Of a stretch of DNA of 53,049 nucleotides, positions 17,940-26,711 are shown one piece after another. Made by a program: the position numbers and the translations under genes. Every line of letters starts with the position of its first letter. Positions within the stretch are counted from its first letter, which is position 1. The notes below the pieces were generated by a model. It worked only from the letters and a program-made list of their open reading frames with translations. It did not search any database and was not told the DNA's origin. This stretch comes from a virus (Duplodnaviria > Caudoviricetes): IMG/VR virus record IMGVR_UViG_3300007972_000001, positions 1 through 53,049 of that record, one strand, 5' to 3'.

Positions 17940-18427
17940 GCGTAACAATTACCAGCGGCGGTCAAACTATTGGGAGTCTGCAAAGCAAAGTTGCTCCTGG
18001 CGGTGGGTCTTTGCAGAACGATGTCACGTCAACTTCCGTGACTATTTCTAGCGGGCAGACAGCTACGCAGTTAGCCCTGAGCCAGATTTGGGCGGGTGTT
18101 CCCGGACCGCAAGGGCCTGCCGGGCCTCAAGGCTTACCAGGTGCTGCTGTTGCTACTACACCCACACTCCTACAGTGGTTCTTAGGTGTTGATGGCACGG
18201 CGGTTACCTTAGCCTCGAACAATTTTAGGAAGTCTATCGGTGCACAGAACCTGCCAGTTGGTGCAGCAGTTGGCGCGCAGGCTAATACCCTAGACTGCCG
18301 CTTCAGTTCACCTTTTGTCACTAACTCTGGGCGTTTCTTCCATATTGGTCTAAAGATGCCTGTTGGTACTGCCACGGCGTCCCAGATTGTTCGAGGTGTA
18401 GCAAGCGTTGAAGGTTACTTCGAGTAA
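17936..18427 (+). CDS. Putative virion protein with a short collagen-like repeat
   Basis: GVPGPQGPAGPQGLPG Gly-X-Y run. Confidence 0.6.
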   Translation: MSVTITSGGQTIGSLQSKVAPGGGSLQNDVTSTSVTISSGQTATQLALSQIWAGVPGPQGPAGPQGLPGAAVATTPTLLQWFLGVDGTAVTLASNNFRKSIGAQNLPVGAAVGAQANTLDCRFSSPFVTNSGRFFHIGLKMPVGTATASQIVRGVASVEGYFE

Positions 18428-18438
18428 GGAGAAGAGCA

Positions 18439-18591
18439 ATGGATATCACGCTTTCTGGTGGTGATCTTGGTGGCCAAGTCATGCACGAAGATAAAGAACC
18501 TGCTTTAGGGGATATCATCGTCTATGACGATCACCAATTCCGCTACGAAGGGAATGGCTTTGCCGTCTTTATCGGCATGGTAAAGAAATGA
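18439..18591 (+). CDS. Small hypothetical protein (50 aa, absent from the ORF track)
   Basis: AAGGAG RBS then MDITLSGGDLGGQV...FIGMVKK-stop; fills the gap. Confidence 0.6.
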   Translation: MDITLSGGDLGGQVMHEDKEPALGDIIVYDDHQFRYEGNGFAVFIGMVKK

Positions 18592-18598
18592 GGACTGC

Positions 18599-19129
18599 AT
18601 GTCTGAACTGCCAAGACTTCAAGGGGATATGGATGGCCTCTGTGGGATATACTCTATCCTAAATGCCACTACCTATCTTTCACCGAGGCCGTTGGACGAT
18701 AAAGAAGAGGAGGCGCTCTTTTGGGCGCTTGCCTCCTCTATCAAGCGTTGGCCGCACGTTCTAAAGACCGGCCTAACTGTAAGAGAAATACCAAAAGCCG
18801 TGAAGACTGCATCCAAATGGTTGCAAAAGAGTAGGGGTGCTACGCTAGAGTGTTCTCTACCTTTCAAATCGAAAAAGTATGACGGTGATTGGGACAGATT
18901 CTTTGATGACTTGCACCAAAATATTGCTGATCCATTAACTGCTGCGATACTTGGATTAGTAGAGCCTTTAGAACATTGGACAGTTGCTACTGAGGTAAAG
19001 AAGCAACGGATAATGCTCAAGGACTCAATGAAAACGAAGCACATCAACCGAGAGAATGCCGGTCTAGCCGGTTCAGACAGCCGCTATATCGTTGACCCCA
19101 AAACAACGTTCATCCTAAAAAGAGGTTGA
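18599..19129 (+). CDS. Papain-fold cysteine peptidase (C39/Josephin-like)
   Basis: LQGDMDGLCGIYSILNA (Gln, Cys), EHWTV (His), LKDS (Asp) in C-H-D order. Confidence 0.65.
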   Translation: MSELPRLQGDMDGLCGIYSILNATTYLSPRPLDDKEEEALFWALASSIKRWPHVLKTGLTVREIPKAVKTASKWLQKSRGATLECSLPFKSKKYDGDWDRFFDDLHQNIADPLTAAILGLVEPLEHWTVATEVKKQRIMLKDSMKTKHINRENAGLAGSDSRYIVDPKTTFILKRG

Positions 19130-19132
19130 GCC

Positions 19133-19288
19133 ATGCCCGACACTAGCCAACTTGAAGGTAATGGACTACTACATGCTGCCGAGTTTGCCCTCAAGCGTAT
19201 GTTAAAAACTTTGCTTTGGGGCACCATTGGTACGTTATCAATGGCTCTTGGTTCAGCAGCCTCTACCCTTATTCTACCGCCAATGTGA
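19133..19288 (+). CDS. Small membrane protein (51 aa, absent from the ORF track)
   Basis: GAGG RBS; hydrophobic C-terminal half LLWGTIGTLSMALGSAASTLIL. Confidence 0.45.
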   Translation: MPDTSQLEGNGLLHAAEFALKRMLKTLLWGTIGTLSMALGSAASTLILPPM

Positions 19289-19296
19289 GGTATACC

Positions 19297-20166
19297 ATGC
19301 CCTGGACAGCCGAAGAGTTCAAATCAAAACACGCACATGATCTAACGGATGCCCAGGCGAAGAAGGCCGCGAGCATTGCCAACGCCATGCTCAATAATGG
19401 ATCCGAAGATGGCGTCGCTATTGCCACTGGTATCAAGCGCGCTAAAGAGAAGGCGTCTTCAGACACCATCACAATGGACACAGAGCTGTTCATCCGGCTG
19501 ATGGAGTTCTGTCGAGAAAACGCTGGCGATGACTTGGTGTTGCACAAGATCACCGAACGTTGCGTTGATCGTATGGGTGAAAAGTCGATGCTGACAGTCG
19601 ATGACTATCACGACCTTGTGCCAGAGGATCACGAGCAGGAAGACTCTGTCAAGGAAGAGGCTTCTACGGTAGAGATTGCTTTCTCTCCGACATGGTGGGA
19701 TAGGCAGTCTGACGAGCGCAAGCAGGATTACATCAAGCGTCATCCAGGTAGCCGTTATGCTTTCCACCACACGCTAACATCGAACGGTTGGGAACAACGT
19801 GGCAAGAACACTTATTTCCACCCAAAGAGCAAGCGTCGCTTCACTTTCAAGACACCAAAGACGCACGAACACCATATTGCTATTACTCACCCAAAGGGTG
19901 ACGTTTCAGAACACCACACGAACGCGCACGAGTATGTCCACAAGTTGGCGCGTCGCATGGCAGTTGCACCAGGAGCAGGTATTGCTAAGGCTCTATCTAA
20001 AGATAAGGGCTCTTTGCACAAAGCTACGCAGACTGACCCAAGCAAGCCTATCCCGCTGAGCAAGTTGGAGAAGCTGGCTAAGAGCGACCACGCTCTCGCT
20101 CGTCGGGCACAGATGGTTCTTAATTTGAAACGTGCCCGCGCCCGCGCTAAGGTTGGAGCAAAATAA
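19297..20166 (+). CDS. Modular His/Lys-rich putative internal head protein with YdaT-like N-terminus
   Basis: GAGG RBS; MPWT...KKAASIANAML...AIATGIKRAK is YdaT/DUF2188-like; shares modules with ORFs 29105 and 30613. Confidence 0.6.
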   Translation: MPWTAEEFKSKHAHDLTDAQAKKAASIANAMLNNGSEDGVAIATGIKRAKEKASSDTITMDTELFIRLMEFCRENAGDDLVLHKITERCVDRMGEKSMLTVDDYHDLVPEDHEQEDSVKEEASTVEIAFSPTWWDRQSDERKQDYIKRHPGSRYAFHHTLTSNGWEQRGKNTYFHPKSKRRFTFKTPKTHEHHIAITHPKGDVSEHHTNAHEYVHKLARRMAVAPGAGIAKALSKDKGSLHKATQTDPSKPIPLSKLEKLAKSDHALARRAQMVLNLKRARARAKVGAK

Positions 20167-21860
20167 TGAATACGGAATTAGCAGCACCAAACAACAATAA
20201 CTCTCCTATGCGTATCAGTGCTGGTCATCTGATCCAATTTTTAGTGCTGCTGCAACTGGCTTACAGGCGAGACGTGTCTGGTAGGCAGCTTGCTCCGCTA
20301 TTCAAAGTTGCTTGGGCGGGTTCAAAGCCGATTGCAACCAAGTACAAGCTCACTCCAAAGCCGTTCGATGCGGCTATGAAGTATGCCATTGCAGGTAAGA
20401 ACCTTGCTGACGATGATGGCATGCCTTCAGAGGACTACGATGACTTGCTGACTAGAGTACTGCATGAGGTCAACAAGTATCGTCGCAAGTGGTTAAGTGA
20501 TCCCGATCTTACCAGAGACCAGGTGATGGTCGCCAATTACGTCCTACGCATGATGACCGCCACTTCTCCAGAGTCATTGGAGAGGAACGAGCGAGGCGTC
20601 GAGTCAAAGCTGGGTATACTCGGTAACCAAAGCCTGAAGCTCTTGTACACCCCTGAGTTTGAGGATCAGGCTGAGGTGGAGGCTGATCTCCGAAAGATCG
20701 TCAAGAAGCTGACTGGTAAGAACGACCTAGTCGTCCCACAGGACGTTTTGACCAAACTTGCCACCAAGAAAGCGGCTGACGTGAAGGAGTACCGCAGACT
20801 TCGGAGCGAGGCTCTGCACTCCTTCAAGGGAGCATTGAGGGAATACGTCCGAAACTCAGGCAAGGAAGTCGTGCCCGTAAACCAAGCCCGGCGAGCCATA
20901 GAGTCGCAGGGCATAAAGATACATACCCTTCATCCAATGCTGGATAAGTTGCACATTGACGAAGAAGGCAAGCTGGCTACGTCTACAGGTAAGCGTATGC
21001 AGACGTTCCCTCAGCCCGGATCAAAATTGCAAATGAACACGGAGTATGATCCGAAGAAGGATGATACTTACGTCTACAAAACAATGGCTCCGGGTGAAGG
21101 TAAGAAGTGGCAGCAGCAGTACACGGTAGACTATCGCCAAGGAAGCACTTCGGATAGAGACGAGAAGATATACCATAGCCTAGAAAAAGAGATGCCGAAG
21201 GCTCAGACAAAGTGGCGCAAGGACCTAATGTCAAATGACGCGGGTACGCACTCTAAAGCGATGATGGCGGAGCTACTTCGTTCTCACGCTGTCCGTATCG
21301 GCACGGCTGGCAATGAAGGTCTTGGTCTAACGACACTTCAACGCAAGCATTTCTACCCACAGACAGATGGTAGCTTCAAGCTTCGCTATGCAGGTAAGAA
21401 GCAGACACGCCTAATTCACCACATTAAGCCGGATACTTCAGTCAATCGTCGCGTGGTTCAGATTGTCAAGAAGATGGCGGCGGGAAAGAAACCTAGCGAG
21501 CCTCTGTTCACTCTAAACAACAAGCGAATGACCGCAAAGCATGTCAATGATTACCTGAATGATCTAGGGTTGAGTATCAGCTCACACAAGTTCCGACACA
21601 TGAAAGCTATCGAGATTGTCAAGCACGAATTGGCAACTCGTCCTATTAAGAAGAACCCAACGATCAAGGAGGCTGAAGACTACTTCAAGAAGGTAGCAAT
21701 GAAGGTTGCCGAAGCATTAGGTCACTACGGATCAACTGGCAAGCTTTCCCCCGCTACCGCTTTGAAGTCGTACATTCCCTCAGATATAGGCCTTCAGTGG
21801 TTCAAAGACCACCATCTGCAACCGCCAAAATGGCTCACTTCGGTCAAAGGCGAGATTTGA
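20166..21860 (+). CDS. DNA topoisomerase IB-like protein with long N-terminal extension
   Basis: AVRIG, LTTL..KH, YAGKK, HKFRH, ALGH, TALKSYI give the R-K-R-H-Y catalytic set. Confidence 0.8.
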   Translation: MNTELAAPNNNNSPMRISAGHLIQFLVLLQLAYRRDVSGRQLAPLFKVAWAGSKPIATKYKLTPKPFDAAMKYAIAGKNLADDDGMPSEDYDDLLTRVLHEVNKYRRKWLSDPDLTRDQVMVANYVLRMMTATSPESLERNERGVESKLGILGNQSLKLLYTPEFEDQAEVEADLRKIVKKLTGKNDLVVPQDVLTKLATKKAADVKEYRRLRSEALHSFKGALREYVRNSGKEVVPVNQARRAIESQGIKIHTLHPMLDKLHIDEEGKLATSTGKRMQTFPQPGSKLQMNTEYDPKKDDTYVYKTMAPGEGKKWQQQYTVDYRQGSTSDRDEKIYHSLEKEMPKAQTKWRKDLMSNDAGTHSKAMMAELLRSHAVRIGTAGNEGLGLTTLQRKHFYPQTDGSFKLRYAGKKQTRLIHHIKPDTSVNRRVVQIVKKMAAGKKPSEPLFTLNNKRMTAKHVNDYLNDLGLSISSHKFRHMKAIEIVKHELATRPIKKNPTIKEAEDYFKKVAMKVAEALGHYGSTGKLSPATALKSYIPSDIGLQWFKDHHLQPPKWLTSVKGEI

Positions 21861-21872
21861 TGGGAGGCTGAT

Positions 21873-22157
21873 ATGCGTGGTGGCAGAATCATCGAGAACC
21901 TGATAGTACCGTTTCCAAACAGCAGCGAGATGGTCAGACGATTGTGGTGTATAGACAATCGCCTCGGTGAACATGCCGTTTACGCAGACCTAAATGAGGC
22001 TGAGGGTGTATCAGCTATGGATTTAATATATTGGCGTGGTAATCAGATATTCTGGACCACGTCAGACGAGACACTAAAGAACGTGCCGATTAGGAAGATC
22101 GGCTATGCCTTTGATCCGGTTAAAGCTCAACGCCCTCCGGTCAAAAACAAGTCTTAG
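21873..22157 (+). CDS. Hypothetical protein
   Basis: GGGAGG RBS. Confidence 0.65.
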   Translation: MRGGRIIENLIVPFPNSSEMVRRLWCIDNRLGEHAVYADLNEAEGVSAMDLIYWRGNQIFWTTSDETLKNVPIRKIGYAFDPVKAQRPPVKNKS

Positions 22158-22169
22158 GAGCATACTGCA

Positions 22170-23882
22170 ATGAAGAGACTAGCCCTAGCGTTGCTGTCTA
22201 CCACGTTTCTGTGTTCAGTCGCTCACGCCCAAGAAATGATACACCAACTGCCGCTGATCACCCAGATCGACGGATCAGAGTTTCTGGCTGTGGACAAGCT
22301 GTACACAGGTATCTATCGCTCCAAAAGTATCTCTTCTCACAATTTCATGAACTCTTTCATTCCAGGTATCAGCGGTAGTGTTCAAAGCACAGGCATTCCT
22401 GGTATCGACGGTGGCAAGTGGTCTATCTACAACGGTCTATCTGTTGGCTTTGATGCTAGCCCGACTTTGACCTTAACGCGCAAGATGAAGGGTTCTAGCG
22501 CGCCGACAACGGGTCCCGGTGGTGCTTACCCCTACTCTAATCTCTGGGCTTACACTGAAACAAACTATAACGACATTGGCTACGAGTGGGGCGTTGTTTC
22601 TTGGATGAACAATGCTGCTAATGCCTCAACTGGCTCCCAAAACGTATCTCTTGCGGGTACAGTAGTTAAACAAGCTTGGGGTGTAACTTCACCGACTACT
22701 GGGGCTACAGGCAACGGTACAACTGCTACGGTAACTTTTTCTGGCGGCGCCACCATCCCAGTTGGTCACACCGTTTGGGTACAAGGAATCACACCATCTA
22801 GCTATAACGGAAAATTCAAGGTTACAGCTTCTAGCCCTGGTTCAGTGACTTTCGCTAACACCACAACGTCAGCGCAGACGGTGGCAGGTACCGTTATGGA
22901 TATATCCATTGGGCCGACTTGGGCGGGAAACTTGAACTGTACCGACCAAACAGGCGAATCTGACCCAATCGCCTCGTGTATTGGTGTAGAAATCGACAAT
23001 TATTCAACGGCTGGTACTACAGATGCCAACCGTCAGCGTGTTATTGCCCAATTGGCTTCAGCGGGTGGTCACGTTGGTAACGGCCTTCTATTCACCACAA
23101 AGTCAGGAGCCGTGTTGGATAGAGCTGCTAGCTTCCCAAATGCTAATGTTGGTATAGGCTTCGACTTCTCGAACGGTAGCTTTGCTAGCCCAGTGCTTGC
23201 TTTGGCGAGCAACCAAAGCATATCTTTCGATACAGTCAACTCTACGGGTGCTTTCACTCGTTCACTATCATTCAACGGTTCTACGCTCGGTTACACTACT
23301 TCAAGCGGTAACGTGTTTTCTATCTCTGATGCAGGAGCTGTTAAGGCCTCGGCCTATACTGGAAATAGTAGCATCAACATATTCTCGGCTACGGGAACTG
23401 GGTTGTATCTTGGCTACAACGGCTCTACGCAGTGGGGTATTACCACAGGTACAGGTGGTGGTATTGGCCCGTTAGTAGACAACACTTACAATATAGGTGC
23501 TACCACTTATAGAGTTAAGACCGGATACTTTGTTAGCCTTGGTAATAGTTCGACCCCAGTCAGCAATGCTTACATCAGCAATCTGGGCAGCTTCACTTCT
23601 CCAGTGACGACTGGCTACATATCATCACTGATTGGTGGAAGCATGACGCTATCTGGTAGCCTAAGCGTTACCTCAAACGTAACGGCTTCAAGTGTGTCTA
23701 TTAGTCAACTCCAACTGACAAAACTGACTGTTGGGACGTTGCCAGCCTGTAACAGCTCTTTGGATGGAACTCTAATGTATGTGAGCGATGCTCTTTCACC
23801 TACTTATAATGCCATCGTCACCGGCGGCGGAACAGTTAAAACGACAGTCCTGTGCAACGGCACAAATTGGACCGCTCATTAA
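22170..23882 (+). CDS. Fibre/spike-like Ser/Thr/Gly-rich protein with N-terminal signal peptide
   Basis: MKRLALALLSTTFLCSVAHA signal; beta-rich body; C-terminal TVGTLPAC...YVSDA...GGG...CNGTNW module typical of phage fibres. Confidence 0.6.
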   Translation: MKRLALALLSTTFLCSVAHAQEMIHQLPLITQIDGSEFLAVDKLYTGIYRSKSISSHNFMNSFIPGISGSVQSTGIPGIDGGKWSIYNGLSVGFDASPTLTLTRKMKGSSAPTTGPGGAYPYSNLWAYTETNYNDIGYEWGVVSWMNNAANASTGSQNVSLAGTVVKQAWGVTSPTTGATGNGTTATVTFSGGATIPVGHTVWVQGITPSSYNGKFKVTASSPGSVTFANTTTSAQTVAGTVMDISIGPTWAGNLNCTDQTGESDPIASCIGVEIDNYSTAGTTDANRQRVIAQLASAGGHVGNGLLFTTKSGAVLDRAASFPNANVGIGFDFSNGSFASPVLALASNQSISFDTVNSTGAFTRSLSFNGSTLGYTTSSGNVFSISDAGAVKASAYTGNSSINIFSATGTGLYLGYNGSTQWGITTGTGGGIGPLVDNTYNIGATTYRVKTGYFVSLGNSSTPVSNAYISNLGSFTSPVTTGYISSLIGGSMTLSGSLSVTSNVTASSVSISQLQLTKLTVGTLPACNSSLDGTLMYVSDALSPTYNAIVTGGGTVKTTVLCNGTNWTAH

Positions 23883-23890
23883 GCCTCAAG

Positions 23891-23926
23891 GAAGCCTCTA
23901 ATCGCTTGGTTGGAGGCTTCTTTTTT
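23891..23926 (+). terminator. Intrinsic terminator
   Basis: GAAGCCTCTAATC-gctt-GGTTGGAGGCTTC-TTTTTT (stem includes G-U pairs). Confidence 0.8.
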
Positions 23927-24060
23927 ACCTAATTTGGCGATCAGCCGCAGAATCGTCAAATTCGACAACCAGCAATATGTTTCGTGACATGAGAGTTGTA
24001 CCGGTTCTGGTTTCAACTCTGCGGCAACAAACCCGCATAAGCTCTCAAGGAGTTGAACAA

Positions 24061-25914
24061 ATGGATCTGAGTCGCCTCAAATTCCCGATCATCGTTGCAG
24101 GCAAGAAGCCCTCCCTTGGTCCGGTCGAAATCGCGGCATTTAAGGGAAAGAACGGCAATCGTCTTATCACGAATGCTATCCCAAGCGCCTTCTCGCCCGT
24201 CTCTGGTAATCCCCTAGCTCGTCTAGAAACCGCTCGCACGGTTCGCATGGAAACGGCGGACACGGCCAATTTCGTTGGTCTGGGTCGCTGCACCAATCCG
24301 AAGTGCGGTTACTTCCTCTTTGCGCACAGCGAAGTTGCTGACAAGCTGGAAGAAGAGCTGTCCGCTGACAGCCGCACCAAGATCAACTGCGTCGTCTGCT
24401 CGACCGCCTTCACCCCAGTGATCGATCTCGATCAGCTTGTGGAGTGCATGGCTGCTGACGAGTCAGACTCCGACAATCTGCCGATTGAAGAAAACACCGA
24501 TCCAGATGAAATCCCGATGGGTGACACTGAGGAATATAAGGAAGAGAACGCTTCCGACGACGAAGACACGGACGACGCCGAAGAGGCTGAGGACGATGAA
24601 GACGGCGACGGCGATGATTCTTCCGAAGAAGACGCCTCGGCTGAGGATGATGACTCCGATGACTCCGATGACGACGAAGACTTTGATCCGGATTCCTACG
24701 ATGACGACGGTGATGACGACGCCGACGATGAAAAGTCAGAGGAAGATGCTTCGGAAGAAGATGAAGCTCTAGACGACGCCGCCGATCACGACCTTCCGGA
24801 AGACGAAGACACCGAAGAAGGTGACGACGAAAACCCGATGGGTGACGACGAAGAACACAAGGAAGAAGATGCTTCGTCTGACGAAGATGAGGACGAAGAT
24901 GAGGACGAAGATGAGGACGAAGATGATTCTGATGACTCCGAAGAGTCGGAAGAAGATGCTTCTGGTGAAGGCTGTGATGAGGGTGAGCCTCACACTGGCA
25001 CCGACGATCAGCCGAAGGACGAAAACACCGACGCTGACGAAGTCCCAATGGGCGATACTTTCGAGAAGAAGGAAGATGGTGAACTGGCTTCTGCCCGCCG
25101 TCGCTCGCTTCGCGTGAAGGAGGCTGCCAACTCGGTTCACAAGATCGATCTGGCTGCTTCGGTTGATTGGTCTAAGGGCGAAATCGACCTTGTTGCCACG
25201 ACCGTTCGCGGTGGTCCTGCCTACTATGTCATGCACAATGGCAAGCCGGTTGCTCGTCTGATCAAGGCTGAAATGGCTTCCGATCTACAGGGCCTGTTCG
25301 ATAAGGATAGCTTTGGCAATATCTTTGCCGCCGCTGCCTCGTCTGGACTCAAGGCTGATGACTCGAAGAGATTCGGTTATCGCCCGATTGTCTACAAGGT
25401 CCCAGTCAAGAAGGTTGTCGGCCAGGAAATCGCGGCTGCCACCAAACGCGCCAATGCTACGGCTGAAAAGCGCGTGACCGAAAAGGTTGACGCCATCAAG
25501 CAGGGTATCAGCATCGCTGCTGCTGGTTCGTTGAAGAACATCTGGGATGACTTCAAGAACCCAGTTCGTGACGAACTGATTGCCTCGCTGTCGCGCGTTG
25601 GTGTTGCCTCTCCGGAGATCATCATCGACAAGGCGTTCGCCGATAAGGGTAAGGAGCTGTTCCAGAACATCCTCGCCACGGCCTATGATCTCGCTGAGAA
25701 GACCCCGGCGATGCGCAACCAAATGGCCAAGATGGTCGATACGGCTCGCGCCAACGTCGGTCAGCGCACTCACGCTGACGACCTGCACCAACGTCTGACG
25801 GCTGGTTCATTCTCGATGGTTGCCTCTGGTCAGCCTACTGAAACCCGTCGTGACAACAAGGACTTCGCCTCCCGTAGCATGCAGATGCTCGGTAAGTACA
25901 TCCCAACCAAGTGA
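24061..25914 (+). CDS. Prohead core/scaffold-like protein with zinc ribbon and long acidic region
   Basis: AAGGAG RBS before the ATG at 24061; CTNPKC/CVVC; about 200 aa Asp/Glu tract; helical C-terminus; two genes upstream of the MCP. Confidence 0.7.
   Translation: MDLSRLKFPIIVAGKKPSLGPVEIAAFKGKNGNRLITNAIPSAFSPVSGNPLARLETARTVRMETADTANFVGLGRCTNPKCGYFLFAHSEVADKLEEELSADSRTKINCVVCSTAFTPVIDLDQLVECMAADESDSDNLPIEENTDPDEIPMGDTEEYKEENASDDEDTDDAEEAEDDEDGDGDDSSEEDASAEDDDSDDSDDDEDFDPDSYDDDGDDDADDEKSEEDASEEDEALDDAADHDLPEDEDTEEGDDENPMGDDEEHKEEDASSDEDEDEDEDEDEDEDDSDDSEESEEDASGEGCDEGEPHTGTDDQPKDENTDADEVPMGDTFEKKEDGELASARRRSLRVKEAANSVHKIDLAASVDWSKGEIDLVATTVRGGPAYYVMHNGKPVARLIKAEMASDLQGLFDKDSFGNIFAAAASSGLKADDSKRFGYRPIVYKVPVKKVVGQEIAAATKRANATAEKRVTEKVDAIKQGISIAAAGSLKNIWDDFKNPVRDELIASLSRVGVASPEIIIDKAFADKGKELFQNILATAYDLAEKTPAMRNQMAKMVDTARANVGQRTHADDLHQRLTAGSFSMVASGQPTETRRDNKDFASRSMQMLGKYIPTK
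24880..24927 (+). repeat. 12-bp tandem repeat GACGAAGATGAG, about 4 copies (DEDE)
   Basis: Read directly; the last copy ends in GAT. Confidence 0.9.
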
Positions 25915-25955
25915 ATTCCGTCTCTCTAGGTAACGGAAATTAAGGAGAAACCAAC

Positions 25956-26684
25956 ATGCTTCTGCTCTCAAAGTCTGAGATCGTGGCCTCTTTCGAGTTC
26001 CCGGCCAACGTCGCTGATCTCCCCAGCATCTTCGAAGGTGCTGCGCTGCAATTCACCGTCAACACCACCACGGGCGCGAACGAAGTCCTTCGTTCGGGTT
26101 CAGGCACGAGCCAGGTGTTTGCTGGTGTTGCCCTTGACCCGCTTCGCTTCGTCAGCGTTGTGGGCCTCGTCGAGTCGTACACGATCCCGGCCAACGGTAT
26201 CGTGACCCTCGTCAATCAGGCTCAGTCTGCTGGCGTCATTGGCGCTCTGTATGGCACGACCCTGCTGTCGCAGGTTGGCTCGAACCCGGTTGCGGGTACC
26301 AGCTATGTCGTCGGCACCGCTACGGTGAACGGCAACACTGTCTCGCAGCTGACCTTCAACACTGCCGATGCCGGTACGGTTGTCACCGTGCAGTATCGCG
26401 CCGTCCTTTCGTCAGCCAATTCGGCTGCTCTCTACGGCGATCAGTACAGCCGTCTGGCTCCCGATGTGACCAACACCCTCTCGGTAATCACTCATGGCCG
26501 TGTCTACACGGACGCGTTTGATCCGACTTCGGTCTGGAACACTTCGCTGCTGAAGATCACCAATGGTGGTATCTTCGCTGCTCAGTCCAGCTCGGTTACT
26601 GGCACCAACGTCAACGCGAGAATGATCCAGGCTCCGACCACGGACTTCCCGTTCCTCGGCGTTCACATCTCTGCGGCCAACTGA
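25956..26684 (+). CDS. Capsid decoration/cement-like structural protein
   Basis: Strong RBS AGGAGAAACCAAC, high-expression codon bias, VFAGVAL and G-R-V-Y-TD-x-FD pattern, immediately upstream of the MCP. Confidence 0.65.
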   Translation: MLLLSKSEIVASFEFPANVADLPSIFEGAALQFTVNTTTGANEVLRSGSGTSQVFAGVALDPLRFVSVVGLVESYTIPANGIVTLVNQAQSAGVIGALYGTTLLSQVGSNPVAGTSYVVGTATVNGNTVSQLTFNTADAGTVVTVQYRAVLSSANSAALYGDQYSRLAPDVTNTLSVITHGRVYTDAFDPTSVWNTSLLKITNGGIFAAQSSSVTGTNVNARMIQAPTTDFPFLGVHISAAN

Positions 26685-26711
26685 TCCTGAGAAACATAGG
26701 AGAAACCAAAC

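Noticed and set aside
20166-21860. Tyrosine integrase indicating a prophage or mobile element
   Set aside because: Motif context (RIG, GKK, KSYI) fits topoisomerase IB better, and no att-like repeats or host genes are present.
24880-24927. Tandem repeat considered as a CRISPR-like or regulatory array
   Set aside because: 12-bp units without spacers, in frame, encoding DEDE.
24410-25236. Arg/His-rich and Met/Thr/Lys-rich alternative-frame ORFs with repeats
   Set aside because: Shadows of the Asp/Glu low-complexity tract in the scaffold gene.
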